64,000 bases of DNA from Utricularia gibba (lineage: Eukaryota; Plantae; Magnoliophyta): assembly GCA_002189035.1 (NCBI GenBank), contig NEEC01000030.1:1-64000 (forward strand). Direction: 5' to 3'. The notes beneath the pieces are model-generated. The model saw only the letters and a program-made list of their open reading frames with translations. It was not told where the DNA came from and did no database searches. This document shows positions 51,961 to 64,000 of this stretch, piece after piece. Both the position numbers and the translations under genes were made by a program. Numbering within the stretch: position 1 is the stretch's first letter; the number at the start of each line of letters is the position of its first letter.

Positions 51961-54900
51961 TCACCCTCCATAGTTATTAGGTTTTCCTCCAAAGTAATTT
52001 GAATTTTCTCCATAAAAACTTGATTGTTTATGAGTACTTGAATTTTCAAGATTTAGTGGCATCAATATCATGTCACGATATTGTGGTGATGGACACTTCT
52101 CTAAACCATGATGAACATACTCGTGTTCAATAGGAGTCTCTGTAGTTGTTTTACGTGGTTTTTGTACTCCAATAGAATGATGTCCTTTACGATTTTGAAA
52201 ATTAACAGCATCCTGATAACGTGATGTCTTCTTATGACTAATCCTTGTACTTTCATATTCAAAATCAACATGAAGTGTAAAACCGGCATATCGCCAATAT
52301 GACTTATCTCGACAAGGGTGAACCTCAGATGCATAATTTTTCTCCATAAAACGAGTTTGATTAAACTGACTTGCCCTTGTTCTTGGATTTATATTAAATT
52401 CATGACAAGCCTAAAGATATTGTGTTAGATATAAAAAAAAATAAAATATAGATTAATATACAACATACCCTTTGTGCATGAAGGCATGGAAGAGATTATG
52501 TTTGCCAAAATCCATATTCACTTGTTCCATTTCATATGCTTACTCTAAAAGTAGTAGAATTATGAATTCCCATCTCAGTAACATCGCAGTCCATGTTTCG
52601 ATCATTATATCTTTTACAAAGAAGGTTTTGAACTTGTTCCTCATGATGCTTGTAAACTTGCTCAATTTTTTCTGCAAAATATTTTCCTTATGCACGGTAC
52701 TTAGTAGCTCTCTCTTTGCCTTTCCTAAAATAATAAAGTTCTTTCTCAAATGTGACCTGCATAATCATTTAGTTATTTATATTTAATCTAATAAGGATGG
52801 TTGAAATAAGAAAATAAACCTTTGCAATTGCAGTAGGAGGAAGGCGTCGAGTTCCTTTGAACACACCATTTAATGCATTCACATGATTTGTCGTCATGAT
52901 AGTGTGTCTGCACAAACATAAATATATTAGGAAATTAATTTAGAATTTTAAAACATATTAAAAATTATATACCTATCTCCATTATCATAAACTAATGTCT
53001 ACAATTCAACGGGTATATCCATCATATATTTATATGCTCTGGGACATGAATCATAAACCGCTTGCATTTTTTTTAAGAATTCTTTTTATGTTCGTGCGAC
53101 AATAGCAGACCATATGAGATCCTTAATCCGTGGCGTAGACTTCTTTTTGTTACTCCTTAAATGATATAGACACCATTTATGATTCCCAAGAGGAGGACTA
53201 AACTTCGGAATTTTCTCATAAGCAGCTACTAAACCTAAGCCTCAGTCACTTATGATACATACTTGACGTTCACGAACAACATGAATATCAAGATTCTCTA
53301 AGAACCATTTCCAAGATGAACCTGATTCTAAAGGCACAAACACATATGCCACAGGCAATATATGCTTATTTGCATCAATAGCTACTGCAGCCAATAATAC
53401 ATACTTATAACCACCGTAGAGATGTGTTGCGTCAACACAAAGCATTGGTCTGCAATATTTAAAAGCTTGGATGGCTAATCCAAAAGCCCAAAAAACATAT
53501 TTTGGGAGTTGTCTCCCTTCAGCATCTATATTATTCTCAAAATTCACAATAGTACCCGGATTTTGCTGTTTCGCCTCTTCAAGATAATTTGGTAACTCAA
53601 CACATGAATCATCCCATGAACCATATTGTAACTCATATGCCTTAGTCAAAGATTTCCATGCTTGCCAATAAGAAATTGTAAACTTATACTCTCTTTTGAT
53701 ATAAGTTTGAATTGCTCTAGCTGCATTTGTATCCAGTATAAGATGGATGATTCGAGGAGCAATGAAATCAGATGTCAAGTTAACATGCTTTTTAGCCAAA
53801 GAGTTTCTTAGCTCACATGTATGTGGCCCGTTGTATGAAGAAATCTTTCATGTGTCTGTTCGTTTTTGTGACCCTACATTCAAAGACTAAGAACAATTTG
53901 GTTGCAAACATTTAATAGCATAAAGTGAATTATTTCCTCTTCGTAATATGTACTCCCTTTTAACGTTTATATTGCATAATTTCATAACATCCTTCAAAGC
54001 TTGCTTGTCTTTAAAATGCATGCCAATTGGTAGCTCTTTCGAATCTTCATTATAGTAATTCATTGAATAATTACTTTGTATAGATGCATCCTGCCACATT
54101 TCTGGTGGTGAGGATGATTCATCTTCTTGTGATTCATATTCAGGAATCTCCTCTTCAACATCTACTACCATATTAGAAGCACTATGTGCATCTATTTCAT
54201 CTGAGTTATCGTGATTAGTTGGTATATATGTTGGGTCATCTTTATCAGTGTTAACCTCATCATAATGTTCGAAAGGTGATGAAAAAAACTTGGAATATTT
54301 ATTAAATACTGAAAAAAATATGTTAACCTTATAAAAATGCAAATCTAACCATTTTCTTGTGTTGGTTGTTGATAAGCCATTGAAAAATCAAAATTAGGAT
54401 CAAATGGATCAAAGTTGTCATTATAGTTGATATCTCTATTTGTGTTTTGATTCTCGAAATATGGAGTATTCAAATTATATTCATCACTTGAAATTGTGAA
54501 ATTGTAAATGTTGACAAATTATATGATAAATTCAAAATAATTAAATAATTACCATGCCAATTAGAAGACGAAGACCCGAACTTTCCGTATCAACATAAAG
54601 TTCAATACTTGAATCCCTGTTATGTGACATTAATATCCAGAGCAACAAATCCATATTTGTAAGTGGGACATAACTAATATCACTTGTATTTGTATCGAAG
54701 AATTTGGCGGTGATCCGAATTGAATTGATAAACGAAAAATTAGCAACGTCGTTAAAATTGCAAATTTCTCCTATCAAATAAAATTTATAAACCTAATTCA
54801 CATCAAATCATATGAAAAATATGAGCATAGTGGACTAGTATCGAACACAAGGAGCTAGGTGCTTACTATGTGAAAGTCAATGCATGCAATCAGTATCACG

Positions 54901-56032
54901 TTGATAAACTAGGACTAAGGCAGGGTTGCGATAAAATACAATAAAAAAAAGTAATAAACTTCTGAACTCAGTTGTTCCTGGAATGAAATGAGTGATGCCT
55001 TGGGACTCCTATAGATATATGCTTATCACTAAACACGCTCACACAAATCATAAATCAAACAACTAACAAGCAAAGTCTAGGTCTACCCGGACTTTTTTTT
55101 TCTCCCTAATCTTTGGTCTACCTCTAATTAAGGTTGTTAAGATGTGTTTTACTACTCCCTCCTTCTGGATCTATCCTGGTTTGTTAAGAAAGTGGTGTGA
55201 TCTATGATTAACAAGGTCTAGCACATTATACCCCTTTGGCCCCAAGGCACCCCTCTAAGCAGTTAGCCACTCATAACAAAGGAAAGGAAAACGTTTTCAT
55301 AACATATCCTAAATAACATTCCGGTCTCAAAGTTAAACAACAACAAACAATGCATAACAAAAATAGAAAAGACAATTGGTTCAAGCAGTAAAACTAAAAC
55401 TAGTTGCAGCTAGGAACAGTTCATCAAGAACGGAAGAAAATCTTCAAAAGAGAAACTTGTTCTTCTAGGCCGTCATCCCCTTCCTTCAGAAAGTTGTATT
55501 GTGTCTCCAATGGGGGAGATCCCTCATCTCTCTCCATCTTGTCCCTTTTTTATCCAAAATCCTCATTTTTCCATCTCCTTGGATTTTGTGTTCTTCTTTT
55601 CAGACTGTTGCCTCATCCTCTACCACCACATTGTTCATATTCAACTCCTTGGGATTTGTGTTGCCGACATGTGCTGCATTGTTCAAATAAAACTATTAGA
55701 AGTAAATCTATACGATTTAGTCCCAACTAAGACTTATATAACACAACTACGATACTATACGCAAAAATATAGAAATAGGCAGTAAAACTTAATTTTGTAG
55801 CACAATATGAGTTATTTCCCTGTAATCGATTACTCAAAAATATGTGTTATTATGAATATATATTAGGATTTATATTCAATTCTCTACAAATATTCATGAG
55901 CAATTCTTCATATGACAGATTAGGCTGAACAATAATAATGCTTATAGGATTTCAATCATAATACATGTACCCGGTATAAAGATCATTGATAAAAGAACCT
56001 CCAAAGAACAACTTCAAAGTAACTTGAGCCAT
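51961..56032 (-). pseudogene. Mutator-like (MULE/MuDR) transposase relic, interrupted by a solo LTR
   Basis: N-terminus MAQVTLKLFFGGSF (ATG at 56,032); MuDR domain GMHFKDKQALKDVMK...KCLQPNC (53887-54342); DDE region CRPMLCVDATHLYGGY...WKWFLE...VCIISD (53242-53799); MTTNHVNALNGVFKGTRRLP (~52,850); degenerate SWIM FWQT*SLPCLHA (~52,500). No TIRs recognised. Confidence 0.9.
54726..55852 (-). mobile_element. Athila-family solo LTR (1,127 bp) with 5-bp TSD
   Basis: Runs tgataaacg...gtgttatta and is homologous to 40,357-41,484. It is flanked by tgaat at 54,721-54,725 and 55,853-55,857. Confidence 0.93.
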
Positions 56033-56753
56033 TAATTAAGCAACTAAAATAATGAATGATTTCTCAATGAACGGCTTCAAAGCTATTATAGACAAAGTAT
56101 AGAATAACTTTGAAAATAGGAAATGTATTTTCATGGTATCAAGCAAAAAAAGAATATTTGTATTGAAAGGTTATGTTTATTTTTTGGAAAAATTTCATAC
56201 AAACCATTAAACATGGGAATTGTTTTCATTTTTTCCATCAGATTTGTTTTGTTTCACTAAAATCATTAAATATGTAAAAACTTCATTATTAATTGTAATA
56301 AAAAAACCGATTTATTTGATTTTTCCTAACCAGTTTATTTGATTTGTCCAAATGGTTTGAACTTAAAATTGGAGCACAAGGTGCTAAAAATAAAAAAAAT
56401 GATATTTTATAAAAAAATAAGATCATTATTCTATTTTAAAAAATTTTACGTTTTTTGTTTTTTTAAAAAATTATCAATTTTGATATTTTAATGGTATTAG
56501 TAAAATAATTTAAGTGGTTTTAATGAAATAAAATAACTTTGGTGACACTAATGGAAATTAGATATATATTCCAGTGTTTTAATGTAAATTTATTATTAAA
56601 TCAGGTTTTACGTTATTTGAACCAGTCTTATTGTCGGTCTAAAGAAATAAAAAAACTGATTTTTATATGCCAATTAAAATTGAAACGATTCATATATGTT
56701 TAATGGTTTTGATGAAACAAAAAAAAATTGATGGTAAAAATGAAATCAGTATT

Positions 56754-57690
56754 TGATAAACGGAATTTTCCTAATATCGTTGAAAATAAAAATAGAAAAT
56801 CTGTATTAAAGAAATTTATAATCCCTAATCTACACAAAACACAAATTTAGAAAACTTGTATAGTGGATATCGGGGTCGATCACAAAGAGCTCGTGCTTGT
56901 TAAGTGTTTTAGTACATGCATAATTTCGGATAACAATAGGTCTTAGTCTAAGCATAGACTAATAGTGATGAACAAGTTTAGTAAACAAGGTAGGTAAGCA
57001 ATATCAAGTCTTGACACTAAAGTAACAGGTACTGGTTTTGGCTCAAACTACTACGAAGACGCCTTAAGGATTTGTAGGTGGTGTTATGCTAATGTTTCTA
57101 ACTTAATTTACCATCTCCCTACACTCACAACTTCAAATAATCTAAGTCTACCCAAGTCATTCATCATATTTTTGGCTAAGTTAGTCCCCAATATCATAAC
57201 CAACCTTGTTATTAGGTCTACCTGCAGACAAAGTATATCGAATTAGGTCTACCTGATTCTACTGGTTCTACCCTGGACTAATACCAACTGCGCCCGTCTT
57301 GGTTTGTTGGTCTATCTCTAAACCAAGCATCCAAGTTGTGAAACTACTTGTTTACCTTCTTAGGTCTACCCGTGGTTTGTTAGAAACAAGAGTTAAGGAA
57401 GACAACTAAATTTCATCATCAACCTAAGCACATACCACCCACTTCTCCTTAAGGCATCCCTAAGACTCTAGCCACTCATGCTTGGAAAATAAAACACGAT
57501 TTCATTCATATAAGTTGGCCAAAATGGCAGAACATTGTAAACAAGTCAAATGCAGAAACTCAAAATGTTCAGAAAATTGAAAGCAAATAAAAATTGTTCT
57601 TTCGCTCGGTTGCTACTGTTCACAGCCTGGAACAGTAGCACTAGACTGGGCTCCGACGCTGTTCTTGATGATGCATGCCTCCATTCCCCT
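56754..57690 (-). mobile_element. Truncated Athila-like LTR of a more distant subfamily
   Basis: Starts tgataaacgg and shares aatttataa, atagtg...gtcga.cac, repeated ggtctacc and gccactcatg motifs with the other two LTRs. No matching far end or TSD was found, so the right boundary is approximate. Confidence 0.7.
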
Positions 57691-59634
57691 TTCTGGTTGG
57701 TGTTCATATTTAGATAAATAAAAAACATTTTTTAAAATAAGACTAATTATTTTAGAAAAACTATAAAATATGAATTATATATTGGCTAATGAATGATATT
57801 TTAGAAAAAGTTAATAAAAAATATTTTGAAATATAATATTAATTGACTATTATTTTTTTATGATTTTTTTGTTGTAAAAGTAATTTTATCATGGTTTTAT
57901 ATGTACTAATCAAATATTATTAGATGATATAATTATATTAAAATAATAGAAATATATTTTTGATTTAAGTAAAGCTTTTAATTAACTAAGTCTTATTTTT
58001 TTACCATTTATTATTTAATAACTAAGTTGCTATTCAAATATTAATTTTTTTTTATTGTTATTTAATAACTTTGACATTCAATTTATATATAAATTACTTA
58101 AAAAACGTTAAGTAATAAATCTTTACAAATAAGACTTATATTGATTATGTAAAATGTTAATAATTATTTGTTTTAAAACACATTAAAAAAATATAAATGA
58201 AAACAGGTGCCCTGCGCCAAATACTTTCGAAGTATTGCTATGTGATAAAGAGAAAGAGGTGTCAAGTGCCTAAACCCAAATTCTGTGTTATTTTATATTT
58301 CTTTTATTTTTGAACTTGCTAATTCTTCCGACCAACTCGATCAAACTAACGGATCTCTGTGTCGATGGAGGTTTTCGGTGTGTTCATCGATGATGCTTTT
58401 GCGAGTCCGATCATTGTTTTGTGCAGAAACTATGTTGTGAACCCGGAGGAGTGAAAAGACCGTGCGTTGCGATATTCCACAATGTTCGAAGCACATGTAC
58501 GTGGATTTTCGTTTCATTGTTTTTCGTTTTGATTTCTTAGGGTGGTTTAATCTTTCTATTTCGTGGCTGGATATCAGAAGAATATGTGAGTGAATTTTTG
58601 TTGCTCAATTTTTCCATGGAGAAATCGGGGTAATGGATGGACTCGAATATTGGGATTCAGAGTATGAAGTTATGGCACTGGTTTTTCATGGTTTTAGCAA
58701 CTTGCATTCATCATGTGATTTATTAGTGTATATCGGATATGTGTTTGGTTTAGGTGTGTGTTCTTGAATGATACGCCAGAGGTTGCATGCAAAATAACCC
58801 AAGGGTTCGTGCTTTGTATTATTTGGTTCTTGTTGTTAGGGGTCTGCGAATTAGCGGTGAATCGTTTGTGAACAATCAGGGTAGCGTACCTGCAACAATG
58901 AGATAGTCTCTGATACATGTTTTTCTGGGTCTAAGCGGCTGTCAGTCTATCGTCATCAGTGTATTTCGATGAAACATAAATCTGGAAGTGCTTGCAGTTA
59001 GTTTATGGGATTATTGATCCATTCTCTGCACTAATATTATTTGAAATTTTCCTTAGGTTTTGCATCTTCCTCGGAAGTATTTGGGGGAGTATGTCCACGG
59101 GTTGTCATCAGAGGCCTTACGGATAAGTGTGTGGAAAGGTGATATTGATTATTCTTGTGGATTTCTACGCATGGTTGCATGCTATGTGTTCATTGTAGCC
59201 CTATAGATCTTCATGATAAAATGTTTTGTGCATGCCCATCAGGATTCCATAAATACTATCTATGCATGACCCGTCTATGCTTCAAAAAATATTTTATCCT
59301 TCGCTTGTTTTTTGCATATTACACCAATTTTTGCCTGATGTCGAGCAGATTCTTTCAAATTTATGCATACGTTTGTAATCTGAAATCTATGATCTCTCAT
59401 ACTCATGCAGGGGATGTGGTTCTAAAAGATTTGAAAATAAAGGCAGAAGCATTAAATGCATTGAAGCTTCCAGTTAAAGTCAAAGCTGGCTTTGTTCCAT
59501 TACATTGAAGGTAATTACATTTTTTTGGTTGGTTTGTGCTCTCTGTATCCCCGAGAGTATAGCTACCTGGAAAGACATGCTGGTCCTTCTAAGTTCTCTG
59601 TTTACCCTCTTCCAGTGAGAAAGAAAAGTTTATT

Positions 59635-59658
59635 TCTCTCTCTCTCTCTCTCTCTCTC
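59635..59658. repeat. (TC)12 microsatellite in a VPS13 intron
   Basis: Direct read of the dinucleotide run. Confidence 0.95.
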
Positions 59659-62600
59659 CTTACGTGATTGGTAAGATAACTTTTTTACTCTCTCTTTTCT
59701 TCACGATAAGGTACCATGGAAAGGTCTTGGGAAGGAGCCTGTTATTGTTCTGATTGATCAAGTGTTTATTCTTGCGAATGTTGCACCTTGTGGGAGGTCT
59801 TTTAAGGTTGATTTTGTTTACTACTGCACGTCAGTAACTAGAAATGAATCTTTCATCAGTGAAATTGCCTTTGTATCCCTTGACACTACTGTGTTTTTCT
59901 CTTAAGGAAGAAGACAAGGAAAAACTTTTTGAAGCCAAACTTCAGCAAATTGAAGCAAGTTACATGTGACTTTTTTCATGTACGTTTTTCCTTCGTCATT
60001 CTCTTTGTGAAATACATAGATTATTATCCCATCAGACTCTCCATGGCTCTATCCAGATTTATGCTTTGTGTCTCTCCCTGTGATCTTCTCATTTTAATTT
60101 CTTTTTTTATCCCAAGAAGCAGAATTCGCAACTCTTGAAGCAATATCAAGATCAAGGGAGGGACATGTAGGGAATTTTCTTGCATAGATTGTGTTCATGT
60201 GTCCAACTTGATTAGGCTATTTACATGGGTTCACTTATTATCTCTTCAGTGATTTTAGCTCTCTATGTTACTTGAATTTTTCTAGTTCTTGCAGATTTTC
60301 ATTATTAGAGTCCACTATCAGACAAAGCCTCTTTCTCTGTGATAGAAAATATACTTTGATAAAGCCCCCTGTTTCACTATACTTTGATATACTTGATAAA
60401 CGGTTGCTTTTGAGATTCAGAGTTTCTACATTTTATCTTGCCTATTGTATTTTCTCTAAGCAGGCGTAACAATTCTGAAGATGACCTCCCAATGGATTCA
60501 TCATATGCATCTGAGACAGTGGAAGGGAAGTTTACTAAAGAAGAGTGGGAAGCTGTCAATAAACTGCTAAGCTACCAACCAGATGAAGATTTGATTGGCA
60601 ATACAAGGGACATGCATAAAATGATACATTATATGGTGACTATATCAATCAGCAAAGCAGCTGCAAGGATTGTCAGTATCCAAAACATCGAGATTGTCTG
60701 TGGTAGTTTCAGAAATCTTTGTATATTGATGAAGTTCATGTCTCGAAGCACCTGCTATGATGTTAAGTTGCAATATTATGGTTTCACGTCACCTGAAGGA
60801 TCACTTGCTGAGGTGTGTGTTAGGGGTTTATATTTTTTTGTGTGTGAAAATGTATTTTTTGTATTTTTCGTTGTCTTTTTTATTGTGTATTGTGAAACTT
60901 ATGCACTTGGGTTTAAGTCTTAACAGCAGTTGATTACTTTTTTTTTCCACAGAGTGTCTCAAGTAAGCTGAAAAGGAATGCTTTGCAAGCTAGCTTTCTG
61001 TATACTCCAGTGGGTGAAAACGTGTGCTGGACGCTTTCAGCAACAATTGCTCCCTGCTATTTCACAGTAACTTTGCTAGAGAATTTAATATTTTCAATTC
61101 CATTTGAGTGATTTTGTCTTTTTGTGGTGTTGATGCCATGTAATCTCTAAGGATTGTTATTTTTTCATTTACCTTTACTTATTCAATTGTGTAGTCAAAT
61201 CTTGTGAAGTTATTGCTTATCCTACTCACTCCTTATTAACTGTTAGTGTTCCTGCATTTTTCATATGCCCAGATTCAACTGGGTAGTTTGTGCCTGTGTT
61301 TCATAGTCACATGACCTTGTAACCTATGCTTTCATGTTCAAACAACGAATTGGTCGTAGGCCTATTTTGCAAAGTTTTCATCCTGTGATTTTTTTTTTTT
61401 ACTGAATTCATTTTTTTTAGTATTATAATGTCTTTTTAACTTTTTGTGTCAATCTTCTAGGTGCTTATTGAAAGTTGTAAGCGCTTTTCACTTTTTATGA
61501 AGAGGAGCAACGCTATTAGCCCTACAATTGCCCTAGAAACTGCCACAGCTCTCCAGGTAACACTCATGTCACATGATATTTATGTAGGATTTTTCTTCTA
61601 GACCCTGAGTTAAGCGTTCAAGAAATAACATGATTTACAGAATAGAATTGGAAAAGTGACACGTAAAGCTCAGGAAAAACTGCAAATGGTGCTAGAAGAG
61701 CATAGCAGGTCATATTCATGTACCTAATACGTGTGAATGAAACAGCTTTTTGATTAGGCATGACTTGTTTTTGTTTTAGTTAACGTTCATTATTTGTCAC
61801 ATGAGTGTTTTCTTTCTTTTGATCCATCTCAGTTTCATTTATTCATCATCTTTACAATGGCGCAGTCGGTGTTTAGTATCTCTGTGGCTCTATACTCGTT
61901 GACTTTTTATCCCTTTTTGACACATGACATGACAAATGAATTGCATTACCATTTTACAGAATCTCTTGGAATCAGATCCTAAGTTTCAGCTTTCAATCAC
62001 AGATAATTGGTCATTTCTTATCTGCATTTGCATTATCTCAAAATAATTCTTTTTTTACACCTACAGATTTGCTCTTGACATTGATATAGATGCCCCAAAG
62101 TCAGAGTTCCTATAGGCTCTAGCTCCACTGAAGATGTGAACCATCTTTTATTGGACTTTGGTCACTTCACCTTGCAAACAAAAGTAATTTATACCTGTTT
62201 TTTCATGTTTTTCACTAAAATTTTGATTTCTATGAAATTAATTTACTGTGAATAACAGGAAGATTTTCAGCCAGATGGTGAAAGCCAAAGTCTGTATTCT
62301 CGTTTTCATATATCTGGAAGAGATATTGCGGCTTTTTTTACAGATGACCATTCTAAGGGTTTAACGAACAGTTCGAGTTTTGCAACAGCAGTCTCTGTAC
62401 CTTCTGGAGATTTTGAAAACTCCCCTTTTCTTATAGATAGGTGTGGAATGGGTGTAATCGTTGATCAGGTAGGTACAGATTATCAAATTTTCTTTTTTTT
62501 TTTTCAACGAGGCATTTACTAGTACTACATGTATGCCATGAAGATAAAGGTGCCTCATCCAAATCATCCATCAACAAGAATATCTGTTAAAATTCTCAGC

Positions 62601-63001
62601 CTTGGTGTGCATTTCTCGCTTTGGAGGTATCATAGACTTATTAAGTTGATGGCCCTACTTGGGGGTGTAATGGCTGATGATGAGCAGCTACCAGAAGAGA
62701 ATCTCCGAATACACACTCTCCATAGCGTCATCCAGATCTGTCAAGTGATGCAAGAATTTTAGTCTGGAAGGTTAGAAACTTACTCAAACACACTACAGGT
62801 TGGTTGTTGACACCATATTATTATAATGATTTGTTGGTCTTTTCTCATTATTATAGTTTTTTTTATTACAGGGAATTGGATATTCAGTTGCTGCGTGGCA
62901 TCCTTGCCATGTTGTCTTGTCTTGATTTTATTTTTATGTATTGGAATCTGAAAATTCATATAGCTATCAACGGTGCTCAAGGTCTTTCAATACCCTCCCC
63001 C

Positions 63002-63138
63002 GAAAAAAAAAAAAAAAAAAAAGAAAAAAAGAAAAAAAAACAAAAGAAAAAAAAAAAAAAAGAAAGAAGAAAGAAAAAAAAGAAAAAAAAAGAAAAGAAA
63101 AGAAAAAAAAAGAAAAGAAAGAAGAAAGAAAAAAAAAA
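63002..63138. repeat. A-rich purine tract (poly-A with scattered G) in a VPS13 intron
   Basis: ~137 bp of A/AG with a single C, lying between a GT donor (62,982) and an AG acceptor (63,163-63,164). Confidence 0.9.
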
Positions 63139-64000
63139 CAATCTTTCTACATTTGGAATTGCAGCATGGCAGGGAAACAAGTATTTGATGTTCCCCAGCA
63201 AGTCTTGGTGGTTCTCCCGCATGTATTGCTATCTGCCCTAGGGGCATGGATATAAAAAAGGTAGTGATATTTTACTAATTCTGCAATTAGTCGTTCCTTT
63301 TAGCACTGTGGCTGAGTATGTGCATATTAACTTTTTATGTATTTAAAACAACAATGCCCTTCTGTTTCATGTGAAGTCTAGGTTGAATGAAGCAAAATGT
63401 CAGTATGCTTGTCTTGGGGGTGCATTAGGACAAAATCTGGTTGGTGATTGAATTCGACTCTTAGATTCTCTCTTTTTCATCCCGGTCTCTGGAGTCTTTT
63501 CGTACTTTGATAATTGAGTTCCAAAAGGAGGAGGAAAAACAAGCTTGGATAAGGGGACTTGTCCAGTGTACCTACAGAGCTTCTGTAAGAAGTTAAATCC
63601 TGTGGTCGGTTCTTTTATCTTGGATGTGCTTAGGCAATCAACATTCACTTTATTCATTGACAGGCCCCACCTTCAGTTAATATACTTGATGAAGTAATTG
63701 ATGAGCATGTAGAGCTCACTGTAACTCATGACAGTATCTTGAAGGCGGGTGATCTTGTTATCACTGGAACTGTGATAGAAACCAAAATTTCATTATACGG
63801 AAAGGTCAGCAATTTTGTTTCGATTATGTTATTTAAAAACATCCATGTGCTTTTATCACAAGGCCATTACTTGTGATTGTGTCTTTTCTCTTGTTAGGGG
63901 TGAGTGTACCATTCTGATGTGTAAATCTGCCTTTTTCAGTTTGGAGATGACAAAAATGATGACATGCAGCAGAAACTGATCCTTGAAATTCTTGCTAATG

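Larger units (their letters stand above)
58482..64000 (+). pseudogene. VPS13: VPS13-family lipid-transfer protein gene (At1g48090-like), spliced, probably a pseudogene; runs off the window
   Basis: Exons: 58482-58496 MFEAH; 59057-59138 VLHLPRKYLGEYVHGLSSEALRISVWK; 59411-59510 GDVVLKDLKIKAEALNALKLPVKVKAGFV; 59711-59806 VPWKGLGKEPVIVLID; 59907-59954; ~60116-60156; 60464-60812; 60953-61066; 61461-61556; 61641-61708; 62067-62183 FALDIDIDAPK; 62259-62468; 62544-62770; 62872-62981; 63165-63260; 63486-63584; 63664-63804; 63940 onward. Mostly GT-AG boundaries. In-frame stops at 62,723 and 62,923. Confidence 0.92.

Noticed and set aside
40357-55852. Two similar LTRs as the ends of a single element
   Set aside because: They are too diverged, the right one has its own tgaat TSD, and the left one is tied to a PBS and gag on its other side.
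57700-58200. AT-rich stretch as a possible MITE or MULE TIR
   Set aside because: Only short low-complexity inverted matches (aataagact / agtcttatt) are present, with no defined termini or TSD.
62804-63255. Lys-rich and Phe-rich ORFs
   Set aside because: They are translations of the intronic A-rich tract.
63400-63657. Minus-strand 85-aa ORF as a captured gene fragment
   Set aside because: It is the antisense shadow of the VPS13 exon LESFRTLIIEFQKEEEKQAWIRGLVQCTYRAS.
58482-64000. VPS13 as Pack-MULE cargo of the neighbouring MULE
   Set aside because: No TIR pair is visible, the gene segment exceeds 5.5 kb and runs off the window, and a separate LTR fragment lies between the two.

Overview
Plant (angiosperm-type) nuclear heterochromatin at the edge of a large satellite array. 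Bases 1-~32,110 are a ~311-bp tandem satellite (about 100 monomers). It is almost invariant to ~22.6 kb, then decays stepwise through a higher-order-repeat layer and an older layer. The monomer is itself a diverged dimer of ~155-bp halves. The array is fused to a nest of decayed minus-strand elements: an Athila-type Ty3/gypsy (5' LTR, tRNA-Asp PBS, gag-pol and env-like ORF present; 3' LTR lost) inserted into the antisense ORF of a Tat/Retand-type Ty3/gypsy (extra RNase H present; both LTRs lost). Next comes a fold-back structure whose inverted arms contain old-type satellite monomers plus 61-bp hairpin repeats, with a solo LTR in one arm. This is followed by a ~55-bp mitochondrial cox1 filler, a MULE transposase relic split by an Athila solo LTR, a truncated Athila-like LTR, and an intron-containing VPS13 (At1g48090-like) copy with nonsense, splice, frameshift and large-deletion lesions that runs off the right edge. 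I see no intact host gene, RNA gene or CRISPR array. Many 1-bp homopolymer indels suggest long-read consensus error, so single frameshifts are weak evidence throughout.
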